This document shows, one piece after another, positions 1-12,702 of a DNA stretch of 62,984 nt. The position numbers and the translations under genes were made by a program. Source of the DNA: Carcharhinus longimanus (Eukaryota). Below the pieces are notes generated by a model, which saw only the letters and a list, made by a program, of their open reading frames with translations, was not told the origin of the DNA and searched no databases. Location: contig JASCQW010000061.1 of assembly GCA_030264375.1 (NCBI GenBank), forward strand, positions 60,977,406 through 61,040,389, given 5' to 3'. Numbering within the stretch: position 1 is the first letter of the stretch; each line of letters begins with the position of its first letter.

Positions 1-145
1 AGAAAATGCTGGAAAATCTCAGCAGGTCTGGCAGCATCTGTAAGGAGAGAAAAGAGCTGATGTTTTGAGTCCAGATGGCCCAAAGGGTCTTACAGATGCT
101 GCCAAATCTGCTGAGATTTTCCAGCATTTTCTCCTTTGGTTTCAG
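1..145. mobile_element. Fold-back Penelope-like terminal-repeat mini-element (left end may be cut by the window edge)
   Basis: Positions 1-44 are the reverse complement of 89-132 with 2 mismatches. The spacer keeps a degenerate hammerhead stem II/GAAA half (minus strand gggccatctggactcaaaacatcagct). Same family as 7525-7632 and 26986-27062. Confidence 0.7.
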
Positions 146-1688
146 TCTTCAGCCATTTTGATTCACTCCAGATGATAGCAAGAAATGGCTGAAGGCACTG
201 GAAACATTGTGGCAACATACTGAAGATTTGTGTTCTGGAACTTGGCGTGCCCCAGGTCAAGCTGTTCTGTTACAGCTACAACATTGGCATTTCCTCAGCA
301 ATGTGGAAAATTGTCCATGTGTGTTCTGTACACAAGGAAAAGGACAATCCAAACTGCCAAAATTACTAACTCATCAGACTGCTTTTGGTTACCAGTAAAG
401 TGATGGAAGGAACCATCCACAATGTTATTAAGCAATAGCTACTCAGTAATAACCCGCTCACTGATGCTCAGTTTGGGTTCCTGCAGTCACTCAGCTCCTG
501 ATCTCATTACAACCTTCATTCAAACATAGCTAAAAGAATTGAATGCCAGAGATGAGGTGAAAGTGACTGCCCCTGACATCAAAGCAGCATTTGACCGAGT
601 ATGGCATCAAGGAACCCAAGCAAAATGGAGCCAATGGGAATTAGGGGAAAAATGCTCCGCTGGTTGGAGTCATATCTGGCACAAAGAAAGATGGTTGCGG
701 TGGTTGGAGGTCAATCATCTCAGCTCCAGGACATCACTGCAGGAGTTCCTTAGGGTAGTGTCCTAGGCCCAATCATCTTCAGCTGCTACATCAATGACTT
801 TCCTTCCATCATGAAGTCAGCAGTGAGGATGTTCACTGATGACTGCATAATGTTCAACACCATTTGTGACTCCTTAGATCCTGAAGCAGTCCATGTCCAA
901 ATGCAGCATAACTTGGACAATATCCACGCTGGGATTGACATGTGACAAGTAACAGTCATGTCATACAAGTGTCAGGTAATTACCATCTCCAACAAGAGAG
1001 GATGTGACCATTGCCTCTTGACATTCAATGGCATTTTCATTGCTGAATCCCCCACTAACAACAACCTGAGGGCTACCATTGACCAGAAAATGAAGTGGAT
1101 TAGCCACATACGTACTATGGCTACCACAGCAGGTCAAAACTAGAAATCCTGTGGTGTGTAACTCACCTCCTGACTCTCCAAATCTTACCCACTATCTAAT
1201 AGGCATTTGCATGACAGTGTGGTAGAATGCTCTCCACTTGCCTCGACAAGTGCAACTCCAACAACTCTCAAGAAGCTCAATGCCATCCAGGACAAAGCAA
1301 CCTTTTTGAGTGGCACCCCATCCATAAACATTCACTCTGCCCACCACATACAAACAGTGGCAGCAGTTTGCACCATCTGCAACATGCACTGTAGGAACTC
1401 ACCAAGGTTCCTTAGACAGCATCTTCCAAACCTACAACCAGAACCATCCTCAAGGACAAGGGCAGCAGAAACCTGGCAACACCATCACCTGGAATTTCCC
1501 CTTTAAGTCACTCACCATCCTGACATCTATTCCTTCCAAAATTCTGGAATTTGCTCCCTAACAGCATTGTGAAGGTACTACACCACTGGAAAGCAGCAGT
1601 TCAAGAAGGCAGCTCACCACCACCTTCCCAAAGGTAACGATGGTTGGACAGTAAATGCTGGTCTAGCGTAAATGAACTTTAAAAAAAA
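146..1688 (+). mobile_element. 5'-truncated decayed LINE (CR1/L2-group RT) with 3' tail
   Basis: RT motifs occur in broken frames: APDIKAAFDRVWHQG (~570-615), GVP*GSVLGPIIFSCYIND (~740-800), MFTDD (~830-845). The 3' end aaatgctggtctagc..aaatgaactttaaaaaaaa matches the tail of the SINE at 35128-35517. Confidence 0.85.
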
Positions 1689-1879
1689 TCCCTCCTCTAT
1701 AATGTCAGACTTTCTCCAAGAAATTTAATAGTGCAAATGTAGGAAATCCAAACAATATTAAGAGCTTCAAAACAGGAATATTAAACAAAACTTGTGATGG
1801 ATATCATGAGTAACACAACGTTTCATAATTATTTCAGAAGGCAGTCATGGATAATGAGGATTCTTTAAAACTAATCTGG

Positions 1880-2640
1880 GTAATATTGGTATGGAATGCG
1901 TGGAATACTGGTAGGTCTTCAAATTGGAATGAAGTGACAGTATTGCGCCATGAGTGCTGGGCTCAAGTATTTACAGTATTTATTAATTAGTATGATAACA
2001 TAATGGAGAGCCATATACCCAAGTTTGTCAAATAAACCGGGGTAGAAGGCATAGTAGTGTAGAAGGAAGCCTAACATTACAGGGAGACATTGATCGATTA
2101 CGCGAGTGGTCAAAACTGGCAGATGGATTTGAGTGCAGGTAAGTGTGAGAAGGGAGGGGTCTAAACATTCTGGTCCACATCTAGCTTTGGATCTAAAACC
2201 GTACAAAGGAAATATTGACCTTGGAAGGAGTACAGGATAACTGGACCCTATTGTTACTTGGCATTAAATTCTAAGGGGAGATTACATAAAACAGCCTTGT
2301 GTATAAAACAGTCCTAAACACTGATCTGACTGAGGTTTTTAGGATTTAGAAAGGAATTGTTTGGATAGATAAGCACAAAATCTTTTTTTTATTGGCAGTG
2401 GGAAGTAAGGAGATCAGAGCCAGCCTTTTGAGGAATTAGAGAAATATCCTTTATAAAAATAGTGGAAATTTAGAACATTCTGTCACAAAAAGCAACAGTT
2501 CAATTAACAAATTTAAACCTCCGATAGATATTTCCTAGAGTATGAGAGAATGTAGAAGAGGGAGGGGAGGTGAAATTAGGATACAGGACAGCCACTGAAT
2601 GGTGGAATAGGTCCGAGGGGCTGAATGATCTATTTTTTTC
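1880..2640 (+). mobile_element. Old, internally deleted CR1 LINE 3' fragment
   Basis: Degenerate CR1 ORF2 segments (tggcagatggatttgagtgcaggtaagtgtga; attgaccttggaaggagtacag) and a CR1 tail (gaatggtggaataggtccgaggggctgaatg). Confidence 0.7.
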
Positions 2641-4092
2641 TTATTTTCAATCCCAAAATAAAAGATTTGACTGTCTGTGAAGGCAGAGCACAGAAAAACA
2701 AGTTCTAACTTAAAAGGAGGCAACTGTACATTACGTAAAAAAGATAGCAAAATTTGGCAGACTTAAAAATGAAAGCCATAAAGCTGTTGCTCAGAACTTG
2801 TCTCCCATTAGAGACAGATCCACAGTGACTGGATGCTACATTCCACAGAAAACACCTCAATGTGGAAGGTTTGGGTGCGATCCAGCAAAGCNNNNNNNNN
2901 NNNNNNNNNNNNNNNNNNNNNNNNNNNNNNNNNNNNNNNNNNNNNNNNNNNNNNNNNNNNNNNNNNNNNNNNNNNNNNNNNNNNNNNNNNNNNNNNNNNN
3001 NNNNNNNNNNNNNNNNNNNNNNNNNNNNNNNNNNNNNNNNNNNNNNNNNNNNNNNNNNNNNNNNNNNNNNNNNNNNNNNNNNNNNNNNNNNNNNNNNNNN
3101 NNNNNNNNNNNNNNNNNNNNNNNNNNNNNNNNNNNNNNNNNNNNNNNNNNNNNNNNNNNNNNNNNNNNNNNNNNNNNNNNNNNNNNNNNNNNNNNNNNNN
3201 NNNNNNNNNNNNNNNNNNNNNNNNNNNNNTAGAACTCGTGTGAATATGATTCCATTCATTTCACTGTCGTAAAGATCAGATAAATTCTATGCAAGTCAAG
3301 TGATCCCCTATCTGTCCTTGGCTGCCTTTTGACAAATGAACACCTGACACAATGACCACAAGACAGCCTTGTTTGTACTGCCTTATCTAATGTGAGCCAT
3401 CAGTTCACTATCCATAACTGTGGTATTAATCATCCACTGAATGAATATTTAAAAAGAAATAATTCCTATTCCCTAATTGTGCATTTATAGAAAATAACAA
3501 ACAGAGATATCAAGAATAATAAAGCAGAGTACAGATAGCACTTTGATTTTATGAAACCATCTGAACTTCCTGCTAAGTCTACAATCTATTACTCTCGCAT
3601 GCACATAATTATAAATGCTATTGCTCAGCGCCTTGTAAGCCCAGTGCTGTCTAGCTGAGTAATTCTGTTCAGAAGCAAAGAGCACGAGGAATGAAAGGAG
3701 AAGTAGCTATATTGATGAAAGAGATTATTACAGTGCTAGGGAGAAAGGATTAATCAAGGATAGAATCCATTTGGCTAGAGCTACGAAATAATAAGGTTCA
3801 GAATAGAAGGTTCAGAGAAGAGAATCATTTTAGTAAGAAGAATAGGGAGATGCAACATTAAATAAAGCACATCATTCTAAAAGAGATGCTGGAGTATAGT
3901 CATGCATCTGGAACTTAGTAAGATAGAGGGTTATAGGTAAGCCTAGTAATCTCTAAGGTAGGGATATNNNNNNNNNNNNNNNNNNNNNNNNNNNNNNNNN
4001 NNNNNNNNNNNNNNNNNNNNNNNNNNNNNNNNNNNNNNNNNNNNNNNNNNNNNNNNNNNNNNNNNNNNNNNNNNNNNNNNNNNNNNNNNNNN

Positions 4093-4848
4093 GCCAGTGG
4101 CTTTAAAGGAGACTGATGCACACAATGTTCCACAATCCACCGGGGACCTATGCAGCATTTCATAGTTTGCCACATAAAGATACATGAAGGAAGTCACAGA
4201 TGCCCTCTACAGCAAGGCACATGCAAGCTTTGCTCTTGACAAAGACTGTAAGATTCAATGGCTTTCATCTACCTCAGGCTTCCCAAGAGTCCAAAGTTCA
4301 ATCGGCTACACCCATGTGGCTTTACGTTCGCCATGGCCGCAGCCCCGAAAGTTTATCAACCGTGAAGACTTTCATTCCATTAATATTCAGCTGGTGTGCG
4401 ACAATCGATCGGAAGCATAGAGTGCATGTTTATGGGTACCCTGGGAGTTGCCAATAATCGTACCTCCTGAGTCACTACCAGGTGTGTTTGATATTCAAAG
4501 GGCTGACTGTCTACATGGGTAGCTGCTTGAGAATAAGAAGTACCCACTGAAATGCTGGCTGTTGACACCTGTGCCTTGGCCTCAGAGGCTTTGGTGGCCC
4601 ACAGCTCCACATGGTCCCTAATCGAAAAGACCAATGGTACTCTGAAGATGGGCTTCAGATATTTGGAATTCTCAGATGGCGCAGTGCTTACTCTCCCAGT
4701 GGGATTTCCTACATCATCATTGTGAGTTACTCCCTTCACAACCTTGCACTGAAAAGATGTGATCCCTGGTCAAAGGATGAAATAGAGGAGAATGAGAGCT
4801 CCTTAGAGGATGAAGATCAGGAAGCCCAGGGACCTGATAAGGGTGATG
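4093..4848 (+). pseudogene. PIF/Harbinger DDE transposase remnant (HARBI1-like)
   Basis: Translates to KEVTDALYSKA, SGFPRVQSSIGYTHVALRSP, FINREDFHSINIQLVCD, YPGSC, GTLKMGFRYL and SLHNLALKR plus an acidic tail. The order is collinear with Harbinger transposase motifs (GFP..GAIDCTH, NRKGFHS.NVQ.VCD, PGS.HD, LHN). Frameshifts and stops are present, and the first catalytic Asp is lost. Confidence 0.88.
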
Positions 4849-4984
4849 AACAAAGAACAAAGGACAACACAGCACAGGAAACAGGCCCTTCGGCCCAACG
4901 AGCCCGCGCCACCATTTCAACATTGTGAGTCCCCTCTCCACCCATGACCCTTGTCTATGCTTATGGCACTCCACATTGGAAACC
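4848..4984 (-). mobile_element. CR1 LINE 3' end next to a gap
   Basis: gaacaaagaacaaag microsatellite tail followed by acagcacaggaaacaggcccttcggccc, the antisense CR1 terminal hairpin. Confidence 0.8.
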
Positions 4985-5619
4985 NNNNNNNNNNNNNNNN
5001 NNNNNNNNNNNNNNNNNNNNNNNNNNNNNNNNNNNNNNNNNNNNNNNNNNNNNNNNNNNNNNNNNNNNNNNNNNNNNNNNNNNNTTTAAGCGTACACTAA
5101 CGATGTGAAGCACTAGGCTACTCTCGAAACATCCAAGAGCAGCCCTCGCACGACCCACCGCATGTATGCCCCTTGTTGGACAACAAGGCGGACCGAAGCA
5201 CCTGTGGATTAAAAGAGAGAGGGTCAGCTTCCACAGAAGAATGCCATACGCAATCAAGACATGGGAAATGTGCCCATCCTACATTAATAACTATCAGATT
5301 CATTCCAAGAGGATTAAACTGAGGGTAAAGTGAGATGGCCATATCTCTCCTGGCCCTGAATGCCATTCCATTTCAATTGCAGGGATGTTCAACCTGTCAC
5401 ATTGAGAGCCAGTCCTGCATTCACACTTGCAACGTCCAGCCTCATGATTCACCAAGCCATGATCTCTAAGAAAGTCAGTGATGTCCTCTGTGTGCACTTT
5501 GTCTGGGAAGTGAGAGTCCATTCAATTGCCAAAGCACTGCAGAAATTTGCTTGGGGAAGTCGTCACCACATTAATGAGAAACTCCAGCAGCCAATGAGAT
5601 AAGGACATGATTGGGTGTG

Positions 5620-7030
5620 TCCTCCTCCTGTCAATGTCTTGTCCTTTGACACTACCACTGGGGGAGGCTCAACTGCTGCTAATCCCTCAAAGCGGTTGAA
5701 CTCGTCTTTATTAACAAAGCTACCCCACCTTCTTTTTCTTTCATCCTATCCTTCTGAAATGTCAAATGTCATTGATTATTTAGGTTCCAGCTGTTGCACT
5801 TTGCACCATATTTCTGTATTGACTACCACATCATACTGATTTCTTTCTGCTTGTGCCATCAATTCATCCATCTTGTTATGAATGCTGTATGCATTCAATT
5901 AAATTCTTTAATCCTGTCTTTTTACCATTCTTCCCTATACTGACTTCATTTGATGACGTGGTCATGTGTTTCTACACTTTGTCCCTACCTATCACATTCT
6001 AGTTATCATCCACTGCATTGCCACTCTTTACTCTTGGAAGTGCTGGTTAAAGGCTTTTCTCTTTAACTTCCTAATCTCCCCTCATGTGGGCCCTCCCTCC
6101 TGGTTATTTATTTAATTTAAAGCTCTCTCTACAACCCTAGTTATACGATTAGTCCCAGCATATTTCAGGTGAAACTTGTCCCAGTGGTAAGCTTCTTCTT
6201 TTCTAAGTACAGGTGCCAATGCCCCATGAGTCAAAACCCAGTTCTCCCACACCAGCCTTTGAGCCATGCATTCAGCTCTCTGATACTATTTACCCAAAGC
6301 CAATTTTCACATGGCACAGATAGTAATCCAGCGATTAGTATATTTGAGGTTTACATTTTAATTTGGTCCCTAGCTGCTCAAACTCTCTCAGCAAAACTTA
6401 GCCTGACCTGTGTTATTGATATCCACATGGACCACAATCACAGGATCCTTCCAGTCCCATTCCAATTTCCTCTCCAGCATTGAGGAGATGTCTTTAATCC
6501 CAACAGTAGGCACATAGCACTCCATACTCGAGCTCTCAGCTGCTGAGTCTATATCCCGCAAAAATATTGTCCGCTATTACAACTACATTCTTTTTGAACC
6601 CCCTACCTGAATGGCCTCCTGCAACACAGTGCTGTGGTCAGTTTGCTCCTTCACCTCTGCAGTCCCTGCTCTCATTCACAAAGGTTGCAGGAACCTCAAA
6701 CCTGTTGAACAATTGCAAGGAATGAGGTTCCTCCATAGCTATCTTTTGAATCCCCATCTTACAATCACATCCCACAGTCCCCTGTGATGGACCAAATCTG
6801 ACATACTTAGCTCAAGGGTTGTGACTGTCTCCTGGAAAAAAATTGCCCAGGAATTTTCCCCTTTCCTGAAGAATCCCAATGTCCGAAGCTCAGACTCCAG
6901 CTCATCAGCTGGAGCCGAAGTTCCTCAGGCTGCAGGCACTTACTGCAGATGCGTTTGTTGTAGATCATACATACATTTGCCAGTTTCCACCAGCTACAGT
7001 AGCAACTTATCTTCTCCCTGCCATCTTTAT
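5620..7030 (-). mobile_element. CR1 LINE 5' part: ORF1 (SGNH esterase-type) and start of the ORF2 endonuclease, decayed
   Basis: Minus strand reads IRELNAWLKGWCGRTGF*LMGHWH (~6215-6290) and LNAYSIHNKMDELMAQ..YDVVVNTEIW (~5805-5900). Confidence 0.8.
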
Positions 7031-7117
7031 TTTGCATTTATTTAATTAAATGGTTTCAAGCTTAGAATATCACTCAATAATTATCCGTAGTTACGTTATA
7101 GTGTTTAACTAGTTATG

Positions 7118-7446
7118 CTAGGCTGGCACTGTGGTTAGTACTGCTGCCTCACATCTCCAGGGATCCAGGTTCGATTCCTGACTTGGGTCACTGTCTGTGT
7201 GGAGTTTGCACGTTCTCCCAATGTCTGCGTGGGTTTCCTCTAGGTGCTCCGGTTTCCTCCCACAGTCAAAAGATGTGCATTGGCCATGTGAATTGCCCCT
7301 TTGTCCCGGGATGTATAGGTTAGAGGGATTAGCGGGGTAAATGTGTGGGGTTACAGGGATACGGCCTGGGTAGGATTGTTGTCGGTGTAGACTTGACGGG
7401 CCAAATGGCCTCCTTCTGCACTGTAATAATTCTATGATTCTATTCT
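7118..7446 (+). mobile_element. HE1-type V-SINE, near full length
   Basis: tRNA-like head (gtggttagtactgctgcctcac; ggttcgattcc B-box), V-domain (gtggagtttgcacgttctcc..gggtttcctc..ggtttcctcccacagtc) and CR1/HER1 tail ending attctatgattctat. Confidence 0.92.
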
Positions 7447-7524
7447 GTGCTGAAAATTTCATGTAATATTTAAATCTCCTCTGTACCAGTTTAGAGCAAG
7501 ATTAGAGGAAAATACTGTGGAAGC

Positions 7525-7632
7525 CAAAAATAAAAACAGCAGATGCTGAAGATCTCAGCAGGTCAGTCAGCTGTGGAAACAGAAAAGCAGAGTTAACATT
7601 TCAAGTCAAATATGACTCTTCTGCAGAACTCA
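7525..7632 (-). mobile_element. Penelope-like terminal-repeat fragment with degenerate minimal hammerhead motif
   Basis: Minus strand 7630-7591 reads agtt CTGcAGA agagtc atattt gactt GAAA tg tt aact, i.e. stem I, core, stem II, GAAA, stem I'. Confidence 0.65.
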
Positions 7633-7927
7633 AGGAAGAGGTTATTGCAGAAGGTAAGGGGGCATGGAGTTGGGGGTCGGGTGTTAGCGTGGATAGAGGA
7701 TTGGCTGTCAAATAGGAGGCAGAGAGTGGGGGTCAATGGGTGCTATTCGGATTGGNNNNNNNNNNNNNNNNNNNNNNNNNNNNNNNNNNNNNNNNNNNNN
7801 NNNNNNNNNNNNNNNNNNNNNNNNNNNNNNNNNNNNNNNNNNNNNNNNNNNNNNNAATGGCGGGGCAGGCTCGAAGGGCCAGATGGCCTACTCCTGCTCC
7901 TATTTCTTATGTTCTTATGTTCTTATG
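7633..7927 (+). mobile_element. Young CR1 copy collapsed over a 100-N gap
   Basis: ORF2 peptide RLLQKVRGHGVGGRVLAWIEDWLSNRRQRVGVNG before the gap, and tail ..ctcctatttcttatgttcttatgttcttatg after it. Confidence 0.88.
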
Positions 7928-9149
7928 TGATGGGTTACATACTGTGCCAGCTTAGAGGGAAAAGGAACCTAAAACTCCCCAGTTGCGTATCTGTACATCT
8001 AGTTAATGCCTCCAGGTTTCAGCTTTTGGGTCTTGCTGTCTCCGGCTCTCTCCCTGGCACCATTCATTTTTGTATAGTTCAGGACAGCGCCTCCTCTCAC
8101 TGTTGTGTTCCCAGATTTCAGCACTCGGTCACTCTGCACTCAGTCTCAAGTTGCACCTTTGTCCCTACAAACACTGGGTTTGCAGCCAGTGGGAACTGAG
8201 TTGAAATGCCCAAATTCTTTTAAATTTGATGTTTGTAACCCAGTATAAAGCAATTTAATGTCCAATGTTCGCTGTCCAAGTAAAATAATTTATACAGTAT
8301 TCTTAAAGCCAAATATAATTCTAGCTTATGTAATGGGTGAAACTATTCTCCTGAACTGTTACCAAAAAGAATTTGTCTCCTCACCATCTGTACAATATTG
8401 TGACTATAATTTGAGTAGACCTTTTGGAATATGTACTTTGCTTCATACCCAGAGCCATGAGAATTTGAAGAGCCCGAGATACAAAACAAAAATCTCTTAG
8501 TTACTAATAACTAAGTATGGGAAAGTAGTTTAGTGTAAACACAGTAATTAACAATCATATAGGACATTATGACAACGGCAGGGAGCTGACACTAAGTAAT
8601 TTTGCAGTTCAATTGTTTTTGCCTGGGGTTTTTTCACAAATTAAACATGACTCAGAAGAATAATGTTGAATTCTACAATTTTGCAATGCAACAGAAAACT
8701 TACCATAAGTAACTGGCACTAACACAACAAAGAAAATTTAAAGAGCAGGTTGGCTGCTCCCAGTTTAATGCATAAACAATCCTATTTTGGACCAGTGAAC
8801 ATTAAGGATGCTTTGCGGTGCTAAAAATGAATGCATTTGCATGCTATAATGTTCCAAAATCATTGTTTTGAGTCATGTTTAATTTGTACCAATATTACTT
8901 GGTACTCAAATTTTCAAGTTAATCACTAGAAAATCGATAACATCCCAAATCAATACCACCGATCGACGTCTAATTTTCTAATCCATACTTATTGAGTGAG
9001 GCTCCATGATTGGTATGTAGCCACAGATTGGTTTCTAATTAAATATTTTTAAAATTCCACAATTTATGCACAATTTTTAAAACATATCAATGGCTTCAAA
9101 GAATACCCAGAATATAAAATATCCTGCATCATTAATGGTTGAACCTTTC

Positions 9150-9440
9150 ACGATCTGAGATCTGTGGTCTTGATTCCAATCTTGGGTGATTGTTGGTACG
9201 GAGTTTACCCGTGTCTGCGTGGGTTTGCTCCCACAGTCCAAAGATGTTCAGGTCAGTTGCATTGGCCATGCCAAATTGCAGCTTAGTGTCCAAAAATGGG
9301 TAGATTAGGGAGATTAGCAGGGTAAAACGTGGGGATACAGCTATAGGGCAAGAATGGGCCTGAGTAAGATGCTCAGTCAGAGAATCGGTGCAGACTTGAC
9401 AGGCTGAATGGCCTCATTCTACATTGTAGGGATTATATAA
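9150..9440 (+). mobile_element. HE1-type SINE, diverged
   Basis: V-domain (gtgtctgcgtgggtttgctcccacagtccaaagatg) and tail (ggtgcagacttgacaggctgaatggcctc). Confidence 0.8.
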
Positions 9441-9444
9441 TTTT

Positions 9445-9640
9445 ACCTCTCAGCATCCTGACCTTGCACTCTCTTTTTCAGATCAATCTGAAGGTCTACT
9501 TCTTTGGTCAATCTGTTCATTATCCCTCCTAATTTCTCCTTCTTTAGTTTTGTGAGTTTTAATTTTATTATGCCTTGGCCTGTCTAAAGCATTTTTTGTC
9601 ATTTTTCAATATTAATGATGTTATATAAATGCAAGCTATT
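9445..9640 (+). mobile_element. L2 LINE 3' end
   Basis: Ends with the L2-type terminus tgttatataaatgcaagctatt. Similar to the antisense copies at 11212 and 54225. Confidence 0.55.
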
Positions 9641-9654
9641 AACAATGGTTGACA

Positions 9655-9990
9655 TTCAGAATCAATCACAGGATCATTACAGTGCAGAAAGAGGCCAAGT
9701 GGCCTGTCGCGTCTGTACTTGCTCTCCGGATGAGTGCCATTCTCCTGCCTTTTCCTCACAACTCCTGCATGCATTGTTTCTATTCAAATTAGCATCTGAT
9801 GCCCTCTTGAATGCTTCAATTAAAGCTCCCTCTACCATAATTCCAGGCAGCATATTCCAGACCTGAACCACAAGTGTGCAAAAATTTGTCCCTCACATCA
9901 TAGTTGTTTCTTCTGCAAATCGTTTTACACCTGTGTCCTTTTGTTCTCGATTCTTTTACAAATGGAAACAACATCTCCCTATCCACTCCC
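9655..9990 (-). mobile_element. CR1 LINE 3' end
   Basis: Minus-strand ORF VQVWNMLPGIMVEGALIEAFKRASD resembles the CR1 ORF2 C-terminus. Tail agaatcaatcacaggatcattacagtgcagaaagaggcc. Confidence 0.8.
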
Positions 9991-10486
9991 TAGCTATTCA
10001 AGAAGAGAAGTTGTGAAGCCCAGAACAAAAGAATCATTTGACCAAAACAAGGTGGAGTCAGGAGAGTGATCAGAGGGAAGGGAAACGTGCTCATGATTCG
10101 CTTCCTGGATGATAGGAGGGACATGCTTGTGATGGGGAGGGTATTGGAAGCAGATCTCACAGCAGAAGTGGGGCAGAAGCACTGCACCTTCCAATGGAAT
10201 GACCAAGTTGAAAAACAGACCTGGAAGATAGTTGTTATAGGAGGGGAATGTTATAGGAGAAAATGTGTTAAGAGTTGATTACTGCACTTTTGGAACAGTT
10301 AAAAGGGGCACCCTAATAATTTCCCCTTCAGGACATCGAGAGCAAGGCTCAGCTAAGACATGTTAGTTAAACTGAAATGTCAATTGATGGCTTTGAGCAA
10401 TTTAACTCATGGTGCGCAGTCTTACAAAAACCCTTTATGGTTTGGGGCCAAATGGTGAATTGTCATTCAAACCCATTCATCCCTCT

Positions 10487-10650
10487 CGGTGCGGTAGCAC
10501 AGTGGTTAGCACTGCTGCTTCACAGCTCCAAAGACCTGGGTTTGATTCCTAGCTTGGGTCACTGTCTGTGTGGAGTTTGCACATTCTCCTCATGTCTGCG
10601 TGGGTTTCCTCCCACAGTCCAAAGATGTGCAGGTTGGGTTGATTGGCTGT
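10487..10650 (+). mobile_element. HE1-type SINE, 5' half
   Basis: cggtgcggtagcacagtggttagcactgctgc head plus V-domain. Confidence 0.88.
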
Positions 10651-11211
10651 GGACATCCATAGACTGTGGGGAAAAAGCCGGAGCAGCATGTCCCATGAAT
10701 GAATACAGACACATTTTTTGGAGATTTACACAATGCCGGTGCTGCACTCATTGCTATGATCAAGCAGCGACAATGCACCACCCCAGGAATCAGGAGTTAC
10801 ATCTTATCCTTTAAGCCGTGAGTCTCTGTTCCACCGAACTCCCTCTGACCTGCCAAGTGTGGGTCACTTGGAAGGAAAGGATTTCCCGTTGAGGACATTT
10901 CCTTATCGTAGGGCAAGGGATTTTCAGCTGAAATAGAGAATGGAAAATCCTGGAGTAGTTTAAAAAAACAGGAAGCGTTCTATTGGAAAATCCCACTGCT
11001 TGTTTCTATAAGAGATTTCCTACTGATCTGTGAACAGTGCCTGCTGCTGCATTTCCCATTAAATTCAGAGGCAACCTTTATCACAGGATGAGAGCTTTGT
11101 CATTTCTGTTCTGTCGTTCCCTCCAATTCTCTGCACATTACCTTTTCAGAGAGCTAGCTCTTGCTGCAGGAGATTACCAAGGCGGGGAGGGGTAAGTCTA
11201 GGCAGGTTTTT

Positions 11212-11555
11212 CAACAACAATATCATCTATATAGTTCCTTTGACATAACAAACTCTCCCAAGGCTCTTCACAGGATCATTGTAAAATGAGGAACACAGAG
11301 CCACGTATGGATATATTAGGTCAGATGATCAAAAGCTTGGTCAAAGTACATCTTAAGGTGTATCCAAAAGGGGGAAAGCGAGGCAGAGAGGTTTAGGGAG
11401 GGGATTCCAGAGCTTTGAGCCCAGGCAGCTGAAGGCATGGCCACCAGTGGTGGAGCGATTAGCATTGGGAATGCACAAGAGGCTATAATTAGAGAGGCAA
11501 AGATATCTGTGGGGTTGAAGGAGATTACAGCAATGGAGAGGATCAGAAATATACG
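11212..11555 (-). mobile_element. L2 LINE 3' fragment
   Basis: aaaagcttggtcaaag..gagaggtttagggaggggattccagagc..ggcagctgaaggc is shared with 54225-54612 and 56383-56945. Confidence 0.75.
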
Positions 11556-11619
11556 GTGATGGGGAGGGGGGAGAATCACAAACTCTGCCTGAGTCTCTCC
11601 GCTCCTAATGTCAGCACGT

Positions 11620-11925
11620 TAGAATCAGTGAATCCCTACAATGAAGCAGGAGGTTGTTCAGCCCATCGAGTTTGTACCAACCCCAAACCCACCCAAGCCC
11701 TATTTCCACAGCCCCATGTATTGACCCTGCTGGCCCCCCTGATACTAAGGGGCAATTTAGCATGACCAATCCACCTAACCCACACATCTTTGGACTGTGG
11801 GAGCAAACTGCAGCACCCAGAGGAAACCCACGCAGACATGGGGAGATTGTGCAAACTCCACACAGACAGTGACCCGGTCCGGGGATTGAACCCAGGTTGC
11901 TGGTGCTGTGAGGCAGCCGTGCAGA
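11620..11925 (-). mobile_element. HE1-type SINE
   Basis: Antisense V-domain ggaaacccacgcagacatggggagattgtgcaaactccacacagacagtgacc and B-box ttgaaccc. Confidence 0.9.
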
Positions 11926-12702
11926 TCGNNNNNNNNNNNNNNNNNNNNNNNNNNNNNNNNNNNNNNNNNNNNNNNNNNNNNNNNNNNNNNNNNNNNNNNN
12001 NNNNNNNNNNNNNNNNNNNNNNNNNNNNNNNNNNNNNNNNNNNNNNNNNNNNNNNNNNNNNNNNNNNNNNNNNNNNNNNNNNNNNNNNNNNNNNNNNNNN
12101 NNNNNNNNNNNNNNNNNNNNNNNNNNNNNNNNNNNNNNNNNNNNNNNNNNNNNNNNNNNNNNNNNNNNNNNNNNNNNNNNNNNNNNNNNNNNNNNNNNNN
12201 NNNNNNNNNNNNNNNNNNNNNNNNNNNNNNNNNNNNNNNNNNNNNNNNNNNNNNNNNNNNNNNNNNNNNNNNNNNNNNNNNNNNNNNNNNNNNNNNNNNN
12301 NNNNNNNNNNNNNNNNNNNNNNNNNNNNNNNNNNNNNNNNNNNNNNNNNNNNNNNNNNNNNNNNNNNNNNNNNNNNNNNNNNNNNNNNNNNNNNNNNNNN
12401 NNNNNNNNNNNNNNNNNNNNNNNNNNNNNNNNNNNNNNNNNNNNNNNNNNNNNNNNNNNNNNNNNNNNNNNNNNNNNNNNNNNNNNGCTGCGTGGAGGTC
12501 ACTGCTACTCCACCACGTTGGCACTTCAGAAATGGTAGCAGCCTTTTGAGGAACGTACTGCTTGACTCCTTATGAGTACCCACGCCCCCTTTTGAACCTT
12601 TGGATTGACGATCATAATGGCAGTAGTCTGAGCCTGAAAGGCAGCAAGTTACATTTGCATGCTAACAAATAGAGATTCATGACTTCAGTATGGGCTTTCC
12701 TC

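Noticed and set aside
7118-7200. tRNA-like A/B boxes here and at other SINE heads
   Set aside because: These are SINE heads with no complete cloverleaf, so they are not tRNA genes.
8704-8820. Minus-strand segment with good acceptor (ttcatttttag) and donor (gtaagt) sites
   Set aside because: All three frames contain stops and there is no other support. A non-coding exon cannot be excluded.
9994-10206. Possible degenerate Penelope linker peptide
   Set aside because: Similarity is too weak to support by eye.
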